Assembly: GCA_964016885.1 (NCBI GenBank)
Contig: OZ024742.1
Location: 253,642,001-253,706,000 of the forward strand
Source of the DNA: Eledone cirrhosa
Lineage: Eukaryota
DNA length: 64,000 nt
Direction: 5' to 3'
A program made the position numbers and the translations under genes. The notes beneath the pieces are model-generated. The model was not told the DNA's origin. It saw nothing but the letters and a program-made list of their open reading frames with translations, and did no database searches. Below are positions 1-11,817 of the stretch, in pieces (position 1 is the stretch's first letter; the number at the start of each line of letters is the position of its first letter).

Positions 1-392
1 TATGTGTATGTGTGTGTATATATATGTATATTCGGTGAAGTTGGCACCCTTAACTCACAGTTGGGTGCGGATGCATTCATGTATATATGTGTGTGTCCGC
101 ATGTATCTGTGTGTTTCTAAATATATTGTTAATAACTCCCTCTGGTCGAGCAATCTTTGAGGTGTGGTTACAACTGGAAAGCTTCCATTACTCATACTTC
201 TAGCCTTCTTCACCACCTCTTCTGCGGCCTCGATATGAATACCCCCTCCGCCTCTGTGGTATTTTCTTCGTGGTTATAAGAGGCTTAGCTCTGTTTCTCG
301 ACCGTTATATCGCGTGACTATCTCCCCCTCCGCCTTTTGGGATTCTTTCTCACGTCGTGTAGACGCGTTCTTGAGACTAGTAAAATGAGGTA

Positions 393-482
393 TCCTCTTG
401 ATAAGTCGGCAGACCTCGCAGGGACTCTATATCTTTATGATATATTGTTTTTGTTTATGCCACGAAACTACGTAGTCGAGGA
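393..482 (+). ncRNA. Type I hammerhead ribozyme, U3-A8 core variant
   Basis: Helix I TCCTC/GAGGA; core TTGATAA (398-404); helix II GT.GGCA...TGCC.AC; GAAA (464-467); palindromic helix III ACTACGTAGT; GTC cleavage triplet (475-477). Second copy at 60624-60716 (-). Confidence 0.75.
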
Positions 483-554
483 ATTTAGGAGCAGTTTAGG
501 TATGATACATTTTATTACTAATTATATCTAAATGTTTCTTCTCTCTTCATAATG

Positions 555-585
<31 letters not shown>

Positions 586-836
586 TTTATATTCTTTTAA
601 TTCCCCCTCATCTTTAACAGCACTCTTCAACTACATCTAACCCTTATTTATCATATCTATATGCATTAGTATAATTTTATCAATATAAATATACCCATCA
701 ATTAAATTAATTTATATTCTTTTCATAGATGTATTTTTTCACTAACACTCTTATCGTAAAATTTTAGTTTCCTTAGATATTAGCATTGGCATTACTATTT
801 TATAACAGCAACTGTTCATATACTTTTTACTGACCT

Positions 837-1285
837 GACCTATTTTCACCCCTAAAATAACCTCATTCTTCATACTCCATTCAAAACTGAAACCTACCTT
901 CATCTACCCCTAAAACAAACTTCAATTACTATTTTTTACCATTTGGCCAATTATTAACTTTCTATTGGTTAATTCTAAACCTGTTACCAAGCAGACAGAC
1001 TATATCAAATGTTTGTTGGTTTTATTCAATGAGCAAATATAATTATTTCTGAGGTCAGCATACGACCTATTTTCATCCCTAAAATAATCTTTCATTCATA
1101 ATATTCTTTTCCATCCAAAACTGAAATCTACCTTCCTCTACCCATAAATTAAGGTTCTTTTACTACTAGATCACTATCTTGACCCTCACTATCTTTCTAT
1201 TGGTCAATTCAAAATCCTGTTCCCAAACAGACCTATTGTATTAAATCTTTGTTTTTTTCAATAAACAAATATCATTATTTCTGAC
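837..1285. repeat. Degenerate ~227-bp tandem duplication
   Basis: GACCTATTTTCA(C/T)CCCTAAAATAA...AAAACTGAAA.CTACCTTC.TCTACCC...ATTATTTCTGA occurs at ~837 and ~1064. Confidence 0.75.
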
Positions 1286-1475
1286 GGTGGACTGGCAGTA
1301 TCGGTAGAGGGTCTGACGCCATGCTTTGCAGCAAAGAGTTACGCCCCTTTATGGTTTGAGTTCAAATCCCGCCGAGGTTAACTTTGCCTTTCATCCTTAC
1401 GGGGTCGATAAAATAAAGTACCAGTAATGCACTGGATAATTGCTGGCCTTGTGCCAAAAGTAGAAACAATTATTT
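1284..1475 (+). mobile_element. tRNA-derived SINE with Nin/Deu-like central domain
   Basis: Box A-like TGGCAGTATCGG, box B GAGTTCAAATCC, then GCCTTTCATCCTTACGGGGTCGATAAAATAAAGTACCAG and an ATT tail. Related copies at ~12770-12920, 13435-13590, 14290-14440, 30885-31090, 31220-31315, 38895-39070 (all -) and 40415-40550 (+). Confidence 0.8.
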
Positions 1476-1534
1476 CTGAAGACAGCATATATATGTGTAG
1501 GTATGTATATTCCCTCTGATAGTTTGTATAAATA

Positions 1535-3736
1535 TTGTATAAATATTGTATAAATATTGTACATTATTGTACAGCCACAAACCTCATCCGTCGCCTAAAA
1601 AATAACTTACTAGAGGCGACGGATGAGGTTTGTGGCTGGAGTAAGACCTCAAGCAGGAGGAGAGTGACTTGGTGGTGGAACAATAAGGTAGATGAAGCAG
1701 TCAAGGCCAAGAGACAGGCATGGAAAGAATGGAAGAACGGGGGGAGCAGGGTACATTACATAGAGACCAAGAGGGAAGCTAGGCGACAAGTATACTTAGC
1801 TAGGAGGGAAGCAGAGGATAGAAAATTCAAGCATGTTTTACAACGTGAGGACCAGAAACAGGAGGTATTCAAGATTGCGAGGCAGTGTGTCAGAGATAGT
1901 TGTGATGTCATTGGAGAGAAGTGTATCCGGAATGATAAAGGTGAGCTTGCCCTCACAAGTGCTGAGAAGAAAGATGCATGGAAGAGTCATTATGATAGAT
2001 TACTAAATGAGGAGAATGCATGGGAAGAAGAGACCCTACCCCACGTAGACCCTATAGAGGGACCAGCAGTACAAGTCAGCGGCAGCGTAGTAAGTAAGGC
2101 AATCAGAGATATGAAGATAGGGAAGGCAACCGGTCCATCGGGTATAGCTGCCGAGATGCTGAAGGCATCTGGGTCTGTAGGTCACACTATAACCACACGT
2201 ATCGTTAACCAGGTAATACTAGAGGGGGCCATACCAAAAGATTGGTGCAGTAGCATCATTGTCAACTGCTACAAAGGTAAAGGCAATGCACTAGATAGAG
2301 GAAACTATAGAGGTATAAAGTTGATGGACCAGGTCATGAAAGTAACAGAAAGAGTTATAGCACAGCTGATTAGGGACCGGGTGAATATAGACGAGATGCA
2401 ATTTGGGTTTGTTCCAGGGAAAGGCACCACTGATGCGCTCTTCCTTGTGAGGCAATTACAGGAAAAGTACCTAGCTAAAAGTAAGCCACTCTACTTGGCA
2501 TTTGTCGACCTTGAGAAAGCCTTTGACAGAGTTCCACGTGCAGTAATCTGGTGGGCTCTTAGAAAACTAGGAGTAGATGAATGGCTTGTGAAAGCGGTAC
2601 AAGCCATGTATAGGGGAGCAGTCAGCAAAGTTAGGATTGGCAATGAGTATAGCGAGGAATTTAGCGTACAGGTTGGGGTCCACCAGGGCTCTGTTCTTAG
2701 CCCTCTCCTGTTCATCATAGTCCTGCAGGCAATAACGGAGGAGTTTAAGACCGGATGCCCATGGGAACTCCTGTATGCTGATGACCTCGCACTCATAGCT
2801 GAATCTATGGTAGAACTAGAGAATAAATTCCAAACCTGGAAGCAGGGACTAGAGAGAAAGGGCCTCAAAGTCAACATGACAAAGACTAAGGTCCTTATAA
2901 GTAGACGAGAAAACAGAACCCAGATCCCCTCAGGGAAATGGCCTTGCTCAGTATGTAGGAAAGGTGTAGGTAGGAACTCCATTCTTTGCCCCAAATGCAA
3001 ACAATGGGTACACAAGAGATGTAGCGGGATCTCAGGAAGCTTAATTAAGAATGTAGGATTCACATGCAGCAGCTGTGCTGAAACAGCAAGCAAACAGCCA
3101 CAGGAAACAAGTACCACCAATCTCTGGGAGGGCCCTGTAGAAACAGTAGACAGCTTCTGCTACCTAGGTGACCGAATTAGCAACGGAGGTGGGTGCTCAG
3201 AAAGTACAATAACTAGGGTAAGAACGGGATGGAAGAAGTTTAGGGAACTACTACCACTGCTAGCTGCAAAAGGCTTCTCCCTCAGAATGAAAGGCAGACT
3301 GTATGATGCGTGTATCCGAACAGCGATGTTGCATGGTAGTGAGACCTGGGCGCTGAAGGTGGAAGACTTACGTAGATTAGAGAGAAACGAAGCCTGCATG
3401 CTCCGATGGATGTGTAACAGTAATATACGTGAACGACAAAGCATAAATGAATTGAGAGAGAGACTGAGCATAAGAGGAATCAAATGCTGCGTGCAGGAGA
3501 GGCGGTTACGCTGGTATGGACATGTGATGCGTATGAAGGATGACAGCTGCATAAAAAGGTGCAGAGCACTAGAAGTTGATGGAAACCGCGGAGTGGGGAG
3601 ACCCAAGATGACTTGGGATGAGGTGATAAAAGCCGACCTTACCCAACTACACCTCTCAAAGTCAATGACACACGACCGTGACTTCTGGCGTCACGCAGTA
3701 ATACAGGGTACCCGACCTCCCATGGGTACATGCTGA
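1535..3736 (+). CDS. Uninterrupted RTE reverse transcriptase ORF remnant with PHD-type finger; first ~20 codons are flanking sequence
   Basis: NYRGIKL, QFGF, FVDLEKAFDRV, GVHQGSVLSP, YADD, C4HC3 finger, RRLRWYGHVMRM, GRPKMTW. Confidence 0.9.
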   Translation: MYKYCINIVHYCTATNLIRRLKNNLLEATDEVCGWSKTSSRRRVTWWWNNKVDEAVKAKRQAWKEWKNGGSRVHYIETKREARRQVYLARREAEDRKFKHVLQREDQKQEVFKIARQCVRDSCDVIGEKCIRNDKGELALTSAEKKDAWKSHYDRLLNEENAWEEETLPHVDPIEGPAVQVSGSVVSKAIRDMKIGKATGPSGIAAEMLKASGSVGHTITTRIVNQVILEGAIPKDWCSSIIVNCYKGKGNALDRGNYRGIKLMDQVMKVTERVIAQLIRDRVNIDEMQFGFVPGKGTTDALFLVRQLQEKYLAKSKPLYLAFVDLEKAFDRVPRAVIWWALRKLGVDEWLVKAVQAMYRGAVSKVRIGNEYSEEFSVQVGVHQGSVLSPLLFIIVLQAITEEFKTGCPWELLYADDLALIAESMVELENKFQTWKQGLERKGLKVNMTKTKVLISRRENRTQIPSGKWPCSVCRKGVGRNSILCPKCKQWVHKRCSGISGSLIKNVGFTCSSCAETASKQPQETSTTNLWEGPVETVDSFCYLGDRISNGGGCSESTITRVRTGWKKFRELLPLLAAKGFSLRMKGRLYDACIRTAMLHGSETWALKVEDLRRLERNEACMLRWMCNSNIRERQSINELRERLSIRGIKCCVQERRLRWYGHVMRMKDDSCIKRCRALEVDGNRGVGRPKMTWDEVIKADLTQLHLSKSMTHDRDFWRHAVIQGTRPPMGTC

Positions 3737-4040
3737 AGCATATAAACAATATGCCCCCCCCCCCCCCCACCGCAAGGTGGTCGTGGAGGTGCCACGGCAA
3801 AAAAGCACCCAGCCCACACTGTAAAGTGGACGTGTAGGCGCCACGAAAAAGCACCCAGCACTCACTGTAAATGAGGTTGGTGTTAGGAAGGGCATCCAGC
3901 TGTAGAAATCAAGCCAGATCAGTTCCTGTATGAGCAAGGCATGGTCAGCCGACCAGACACTGCCCACAACAGGACAACCCGTCTAACCCATGCTAGCGTG
4001 GAAGAACGGACGTAAAACGGTGATGATGATGATGATGATG
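1597..4040 (+). mobile_element. RTE-clade LINE, 5'-truncated (endonuclease missing), (GAT)n tail
   Basis: RT ORF plus ~300-bp 3' UTR ending GGACGTAAAACGGTGATGATGATG; highly similar to 28271-30609 and 36299-36988. Confidence 0.95.
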
Positions 4041-4184
4041 AGATCTATAGAATATGCATACCAACACTAACACATATATATCCTAGAAACGATCGTAAAA
4101 TGATGAATTTTTTTAATATAAGGAACTGTTTCTTTGTTTATTCATTACTTTATTAATTTATATATATATATATATATGTTATAC

Positions 4185-4357
<173 letters not shown>

Positions 4358-4363
4358 ATACAT

Positions 4364-4400
<37 letters not shown>

Positions 4401-4417
4401 TACACACATACATACAT

Positions 4418-4467
<50 letters not shown>

Positions 4468-4497
4468 ATACATACACACATATATATATATATATAT

Positions 4498-4530
<33 letters not shown>

Positions 4531-4531
<1 letters not shown>

Positions 4532-4879
4532 CATCATCATTCATCATCATTTCATTTTACGTCCGCTTTTTCCCTGCTTGCAAGGGTGGGACGGGAACTG
4601 ATTCTGGCTTGATTTCTACAGCTGGATGCCCTTCCTAACACCAACCTCATTTACAGTGAGTGCTGGGTGCTTTTTTGCCGTGGCACCTCCACGACCACTT
4701 TGTAGTGGAATGATAGGGACCCCAGTCCCTATCATCTCATTTCTACAGCTGAGTAAACTGGAGCAATGTGAAATAAAGTGTCTTGCTCAAGGAAACAACA
4801 CATCACCCGATCTGAGAATTGAACTCACAACCTTTCGATTGCAAGGCCAATGCTCTAACCACTAAGCCATGTGCCTCCA
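4531..4879 (-). mobile_element. tRNA-derived SINE (Meta-like central domain) with RTE-derived body and tail
   Basis: Head GGAGGCACATGGCTTAGTGGTTAGAGC...GAGTTCAATTC, TCCTTGAGCAAGACACTT motif, GGTGTTAGGAAGGGCATCC segment; its 3' ~40 nt match the 3' end of the RTE at 5935-9200. Confidence 0.9.
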
Positions 4880-4899
4880 TGTATATATACATATATATA

Positions 4900-5310
4900 T
4901 GGTGGCTGCCAACTCGTTTTCAAGTACGGCCACTACTTTATATCCATGTAGGAGAACTCCTACCGATGCACTGAACGAGTGTGACTTTTTAGTCCAGCCA
5001 TCGACTTGAAAACTCTGGTACAAACACTACACTTGTGACAATTATTGACACATAGTGCTGGGCCCATGGTACCATGTGACGACAAGTGCAGAGAGATCTC
5101 CAGATATAAAGCAATGCCTGTGCCATGAAGCTTTTATAGTGAGCAAAGGCACTGCACAAAGCCAGTCCCACTCTCTTAACCAAGATGATATTTACCAAAA
5201 AGAAGAACAAGTCAACATCATTGGATACCATCAGGGTTGCAGGTGTTATATCAGAGTTTTCCTTCTCCTAGAATTCTGCCTTGACAAAGGCTAAGGGGTC
5301 ATCTCTCCCG
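4900..5310 (-). mobile_element. 5'-truncated copy of the non-autonomous bipartite RTE element (see 45871-46478)
   Basis: Near-identical reverse complement of 46070-46478. Confidence 0.85.
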
Positions 5311-5334
5311 GACATATATATATACATACATATA

Positions 5335-5366
<32 letters not shown>

Positions 5367-5430
5367 AATTCATACATACAGCTATACATATATAAACATA
5401 CATACATACAGCTATACATTTATATATATT

Positions 5431-5497
<67 letters not shown>

Positions 5498-5527
5498 ATA
5501 ATATATATATATTTATATATGTATAAC

Positions 5528-5559
<32 letters not shown>

Positions 5560-5569
5560 TATATATATG

Positions 5570-5611
<42 letters not shown>

Positions 5612-5898
5612 ATGTATATCAAAGAGAACAGCATATTATTGATAGTGGAGGAGGAGGAATATGAATAACTACAGTTCAGTGTGTGACATGTTTCAGAGCT
5701 CAGCTACTTTTCATTTTTGTCTCTTCTTGATTTATGAACCATTCCTCCCTCTTGATCACACAACATTTAATGTGTTTCACTACACTGGATAGCAGTTAGA
5801 TGATCTATTAGTTACAGGTGTCTTACAAACACACATCACAAATGGTAGCTCAGAAAACTAAAGACTACCCAAAATAAATAAATAAATAGATAATAATT

Positions 5899-5929
<31 letters not shown>

Positions 5930-5934
5930 TAAGA

Positions 5935-8900
5935 ATCATCATCATCATCATTTTACGTCCGCTTTTCCCTGCTTGCAAGGGTGGGACGGGTCTTATTCAG
6001 CACAGCATCTCTCCACTCGTCACGGTCCCTCGTCATCTCCACCGTGAGCTTCAATGATCTGAGGTCTGTTCTCACCACCTCCGCCCATGTTTTTCGTGGT
6101 CTACCTCTACCACGTCTTCCTTCAACTGGCATTTCCTGGCACTTTTTCACACATCGGTCATCCTCCATGCGCATCACATGTCCATACCACCTCAGTCTCC
6201 TCTCCCGTACACTACATTCTATCCCTCTCAGACACAGTTTCTCTCTCAACACATTTATGCTGGGTCGTTCACGCACATTTACACTGCACATCCAACGGAG
6301 CATGCTTGCCTCATTTCTCTCCAGCCGTCGCATATCTTCTGCGGTTGCTGCCCATGTCTCACTACCATGCAGCATCGCGCTCCTTACACAGGCATCATAC
6401 AACCGGCCTTTCGTACGCAGGGAGAAACCCTTCTTCGTCAACAGAGGAAGCAGCTCCCTAAACTTCTTCCAACCCGTCCTTATTCTAGATACTATGGCCT
6501 CGGAACACCCTCCTCCCATGCTAATCTGATCTCCTAGGTACCGGAAGCTATCCACCACTTCTATAGCGCCCTCTCGCATTTGAAAAATGTGTCTATCAGT
6601 GCGACTTCTACTGTCTAATTTCCCTGTACATCTACTGCATACATATTTCTCCCTACCTGTTAGTTTGCCTGCTATCCCGCTACATCTCTTGTGTACCCAG
6701 GACCTACATTGTGTGCATTTTATAGAATTTATGCCAGTTCCTTTTCTGCATATCGAACATGGCCATTTCCCTGACGGAATCAGGGTTTTGTCCTCTTTTC
6801 TACTCATCAACACTTTTGTCTTAGCTAGATTTACTCTCAGTCCTCTTGCTTCCAACTGCTGTTTCCATAGCCGGAATTTATTCTCTAGCTCCTCTACTGA
6901 TTCTGCCATAAGAGCCAGATCGTCAGCATAGAGAAGTTCCCATGGACAGCCAGTCTTAAACTCCTCTGTTATGGCTTGGAGGACTATAATGAACAAGAGC
7001 GGGCTGAGGACCGAACCCTGATGTACTCCTACTTGTATCTGGAATTCCTCACTAAACTCCATTCCTACCCTGACTTTACTGAGAGTACCTCTGTACAAAG
7101 TTTGCACTGTCCTCACAAGCCATTCCTCAACACCCAGCTTCCTTAGGGACCACCAGATGACAGATCGGGGTACCCTATCAAAGGCCTTCTCTAGGTCAAC
7201 AAAGGCTAAGTATAGTGGCTTATTCTTCTCTAAGAACCTCTCTTGCATTTGTCTCACCAAGAAGAGGGCATCTGTTGTACTCTTCCCAGGCACAAAACCA
7301 AACTGCATCTCATCTAGTTTGACCCTTTCTCTAATTAGTTGTGCTAAAATCCTTTCTGCCACTTTCATAACCTGATCTATCAGTTTTATACCCCTATAAT
7401 TGCTCCTCTCCAAAGCATCCCCTTTACCTTTGTAGCAATTTATGAGAATACTGCTGCACCAGTCTTTGGGTATGACACCACCATATATAGCCTGATTGAT
7501 GATGCGTGCAACCAGTTTAGTGCCTACGTCCCCTGATGCCTTCAGCATCTCAGCAACTATTCCCGATGGTCCGGCCGCCTTACCATTTTTCATTTCCCTA
7601 ATCGCCTCTTGGACCCTATATTCGTCAATCTCAATAGCTGGTTCCTCTGTCGGATCTACCAAGGGTAATTTCTCTGTCTCCCATTCATCAGTCTCTCATA
7701 ATGACATTTCCAGGCCTCCTTTTTCTGGTCATTCGTGACACTAAGTACACCGGCATCATCCCGGACACATTTATCACCAACAACATCCTGATTTGCATTG
7801 ACACACTGCCTTGCAATGTGGAACACCGCACGCCTCTGATCTTCCCGTCGCAGAACATTGGCAAACCTCCTACTCTCTGCCTCCCTGCGTGCTAAGTACA
7901 CCTGACGTCTAGCTTCTCTCTTAGTGGCTGTATATTCTTCCCTACTCCCACCCTTTTTCCAAGCCTTCCATGCTAGTCTTTTGTCTCTAATAGCCTTATC
8001 TACTGTGCTGTTCCACCACCAGGTCACTCTCTGTCTGGTTGGAGCTCTGCTCCAGCCACAGGTTTCATCAGTAGCCTTCAGCAAGTTGTCACGTAAGAAC
8101 TTCCAGTTATTATCTATGTCATACGTCTCTAAATCGTCTTCTTTTTCGTCATATACATCTTGAAGGGCTTTCCTAAATTTGAATTTTAGTGAAAGGTCTT
8201 TTAGCTTCCAGACCTTTCTTCTCCACACCTTCCTATATGTCTCATTCCATCTCTTGCTTACTGAGATATCACTAACAACTAACCTATGCTGTGGGGTACA
8301 TTCTTCCCCAGGGTATGCCTTGGTATTAGACACTATCTGCCTGTCCGCTGCCTAACTAGCAGGAAGTCAATCTGGCTTATGTGCTCACCAGATTTGTAGG
8401 TTATTAGGTGATTGGCAGGTTTCTGGAAGTTTGTGTTGCAAATAGTCAATGTACTTGCATCACAAAATTCAAGAAGTCTCACTCCTTCTTCATTTCTTGA
8501 ACCGTAACCGTGCCCACCATGTACCCCAGTGTAACCATCCTGGAGCTGTCCAACATGACCATTGAAGTCTCCTGCTAGCATAACGATGTCTCCGTCCTCT
8601 GTCATTGTGGTTGTTTGCAAAAGTTGCTCATAAAAGCAGTCTTTCTCATCTTTGCCTAGGCCTGCTTGGGGAGCATAGACCGAGATGATTGTCAGTAGTC
8701 TCCTACCTACAACTAATCTAAGCTTAATTATTCGATTACTAACTCGAACTACCTCTATTGTCTTATTGATCCATTTCTCAGCCAGGAAAATGCCTACTCC
8801 CCCTAACCCATCATCCTTATCTACCCAGAATAGCTTATAGCTAAGACGCTTGCCTACGACTAGTCTCGCAGAGGCACCTCTCCATCTCACCTCTTGCACG

Positions 8901-9200
8901 CAGCACACATCCACCTGCCTTCTCTCCAGCATCTCCGCTATTTCAGCAGATCTACCTCTGAGAGTGCCAACATTAAGTGTTGCAACTCTGAGATGCGACG
9001 TCTTCATATTTTTCTATGCTGTTTTGTTGCTGTGCTGATAAGCTTTTTGGCATTGATACACTGGTTGGATGCCCTTCCTAACACCAGCGCCACTTTACAG
9101 CATGGACTGGGTGCTTTTATTTGTGCCACCAGCACTAGAGAGGATGTCTTACTAGACTCAAGAGCCCTCTCTACCCCTCCATTTTACAGCATGGTCATTA
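5935..9200 (-). mobile_element. Near full-length RTE-clade LINE (AP endonuclease + RT) with two frameshifts
   Basis: ORF 9007->5953 in three pieces: APE (ATLNVGTL, CVQEVRW, SVYAPQ, GDFNGHVG, IDF, QHRLV), linker, RT (YADD) with PHD finger; 5' UTR with GGTGTTAGGAAGGGCATCC; (GAT)n tail beside (AAT)n. Confidence 0.95.
5953..9007 (-). pseudogene. RTE APE-RT polyprotein, frameshifted near 8333 and 7660
   Basis: ORFs 8333-9007, 7656-8333 and 5953-7662 are colinear parts of one RTE ORF. Confidence 0.9.
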
Positions 9201-10484
9201 AAAAAAAATAAAAAAAATAAAAAAACTTATTGACACGACTCACACACTAATACTCATGCATACAAACCACAACCACACATACCAACACTCATTCATGCAT
9301 ACAATCACACACACCACTCACAAACATATATATATATATACATATATTACCGACAGTACTGATACAAAATCAAAATCAAAGTCAAAATCGTCAAAATCAC
9401 TATCATGTCAACTGTTGAGCTTTCCCAGTCCAGTTCAGCTTGTATATAATAACAATAACAATAATAATTGTTTGCTTTACGCTGGTAATGGCGGTGGTGG
9501 TGGTGTCAGTGTGGTGGTGGTGGATGGTATCAGCGTGGTGGTGGTGGTGGATGGTCAGTGATGGTGGTGGCAGTTGTTGGTGCTGTAGTTGTTATTGTAG
9601 TTGTTACTGTTGTTGTTGTCCTTCATTTCACTGCTGCTGTTGCTGCAGACAATGGTGTTGATGCTGTTATTGCTGTCGCATATATACAAATACATACACA
9701 CACATTCAACACAGACGATGGTGTTGTTGCTGTTGTTGTTGTAGTTGTTGCTGTGTTGAAATCTGGTCGCATCCACTGAGATATACATATACACACACAT
9801 ACCCATGTGTATATACACATACATACATCAAAAGAGAGTCAGCAGTATGTCAACAGGGAACAGGACAGCGACCTTAGAGTAATGTGGTGATGGTGGGGAG
9901 CGAGTGTAGGCGTTATTGTTATTGTGGTGACGGGGTGGTCAGTGAGATATTACAAGTTCATAGATCACTTCTCTCTTTTCCTCTCTTTCAAAATTTTGAA
10001 TTTATGGCCTTTTGCAATGGCGGACAAGTATATATAATATATATATATGAAGCAAAGAAAAGAAAATTTTCACTGATATGAAAGATTTCCTGGTAGAAGT
10101 TCAGGTGTATTCAGTGTTGGTATCCAGTTTCGGGGTATCCAATTAGAAAATCCAACGAATTTTTGAGAGGGGTCCACGCAAGCATATATATAGATATATA
10201 TATGTATATATGCAAAATGCAAGCAGAAATAACAACACATATACTAATGAACATACATTAAACACAGAGGGACTGTAAATGATAATAGCAATATCTAGAT
10301 ATAAATATATAAATGTACATATCTCTATTGGTCTCATAAATTTTAAATTTTCTCTTTCCTCTTGTGTGTGTGTAGCAACAAGTGGTTGTGTGTTGCTGCT
10401 GACTCTAGCAGAGCCCAAGAAAACACGTCTTGCCCTAACAGCCGCTGCTCCCTGTATAATAATAATAATAATAATAATAATAAT

Positions 10485-11759
10485 TAAGATCTGAATACAT
10501 TCGGAGAGTAAGGTAAGATCTGAATACATTCAGAGAGTAAGGAGCATATTAAAGTCACATCTGAACAGTAGGAATGCCATAAGTGCAGTAAATTCCCGAG
10601 CTGTGTCTATTATTAGGTACAGTGCGGGAATTCTGAGATGGAATGTTGCTGAACAAAAAGAAATGGATAGGAAGACTAGGAAGCTATTGACTATCTACAA
10701 CATGTTCCACAAGAGGAGTGATGTCGATAGACTCTACCTAAGGAGATCTGAGGGTGGAAGAGGTCTTATCAGCATAGAGGACTGTGTTCAGATGGAGAAA
10801 AACAACCTACACATATACATGACCGATAGTAAGGAGCCAATGCTCAGAATTGTACTGAAGGAGAGGACAATAGACCAGGGGATGTCCAAGGAGGAAATAA
10901 CAAAAAGAAGAAAGAGCAACTTTCATGAAAAATCCCTTCATAGTAACTTCTTTGAGAAAACGGAATTCAGAGATCCACAGACATGGAACTTGTTGAGAAG
11001 AGGAGACCTTAAAAAGGCTACAGAAGGAATGCTAATGACTGTGCAAGAGCAGGCCCTCAAAACGAAGTGGCTGAAACACCATATTTACAAGGAGGAGGCT
11101 AGCCCACTGTGCAGGATCTGTGGAGAGAGAGAGGAGACTGTGGCTCACATTGTATCCGAGTGTAAACACCTAGCCCAGACTCACTATAAAGGCTGGAGAC
11201 ATGATGTGATGGGCAGTGTGATCCACTGGCACCTATGCAAAGTAAACAATTTACCACATTCTGAGAAGTGGTATGAGCATAAGCCAGAGTCGGTGATAGA
11301 AAACGATCAGGTGAAGGTGCTATGGGATTTTAGGATACAGACGGACAAGAAACTGGAACACAATAGACCTGACCTGGTGGTTTTGGACAAGGAAAAAAGA
11401 TTGTGCCTGATTGTAGATGTAGCCTGCTCATTTGACACAAGAGTGCAAGAGAAGGAGAGGGAGAAAATTAACCGATACCAGGACATAAAGTGGGAGGTAA
11501 AAAGTATTTGGAACTGCCATGAAGTCAAAGTGGTCCCAATTGTCATAGGCGCACTAGGTACTATCTCAAAAAGTTTCCAGGGATGGTTAAAGAAAATTGG
11601 CCCCGCCCCGCTTTTTGGAACACTTCAAAAGGCATGCTTGCTGGGAACAGCAAGAACCCTCCGATACGTCCTGAATATCTGAGGCTGCAGGTAATGGCTT
11701 GATATTCATTTCAACAAACTTTCCAGTTAACTAACATCAATGACTGAGATTCAAAGAAC

Positions 11760-11760
<1 letters not shown>
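10485..11760 (+). mobile_element. R4/Dong-type non-LTR retrotransposon, 5'-truncated, in (AAT)n
   Basis: ORF 10603-11682: RT C-terminus (DVDRLYL.RSEGGRGL), CCHC knuckle CRIC..ETVAHIVSEC, RHD, NRPD..D..EREKINRY restriction-like endonuclease; (AAT)n on both sides; 29-bp direct duplication at the 5' junction. Confidence 0.9.

Positions 11761-11816
<56 letters not shown>

Positions 11817-11817
<1 letters not shown>

Noticed and set aside
2491-3606. Antisense ORFs of 209 and 148 aa
   Set aside because: Shadow frames of the RTE RT ORF, recurring opposite each RTE copy.
4034-4100. ATGATGA...GAAA-CGATCG-TA, resembling a hammerhead 3' half just after the RTE tail
   Set aside because: The apparent core comes from the (GAT)n tail; no helix I and no convincing helix II.
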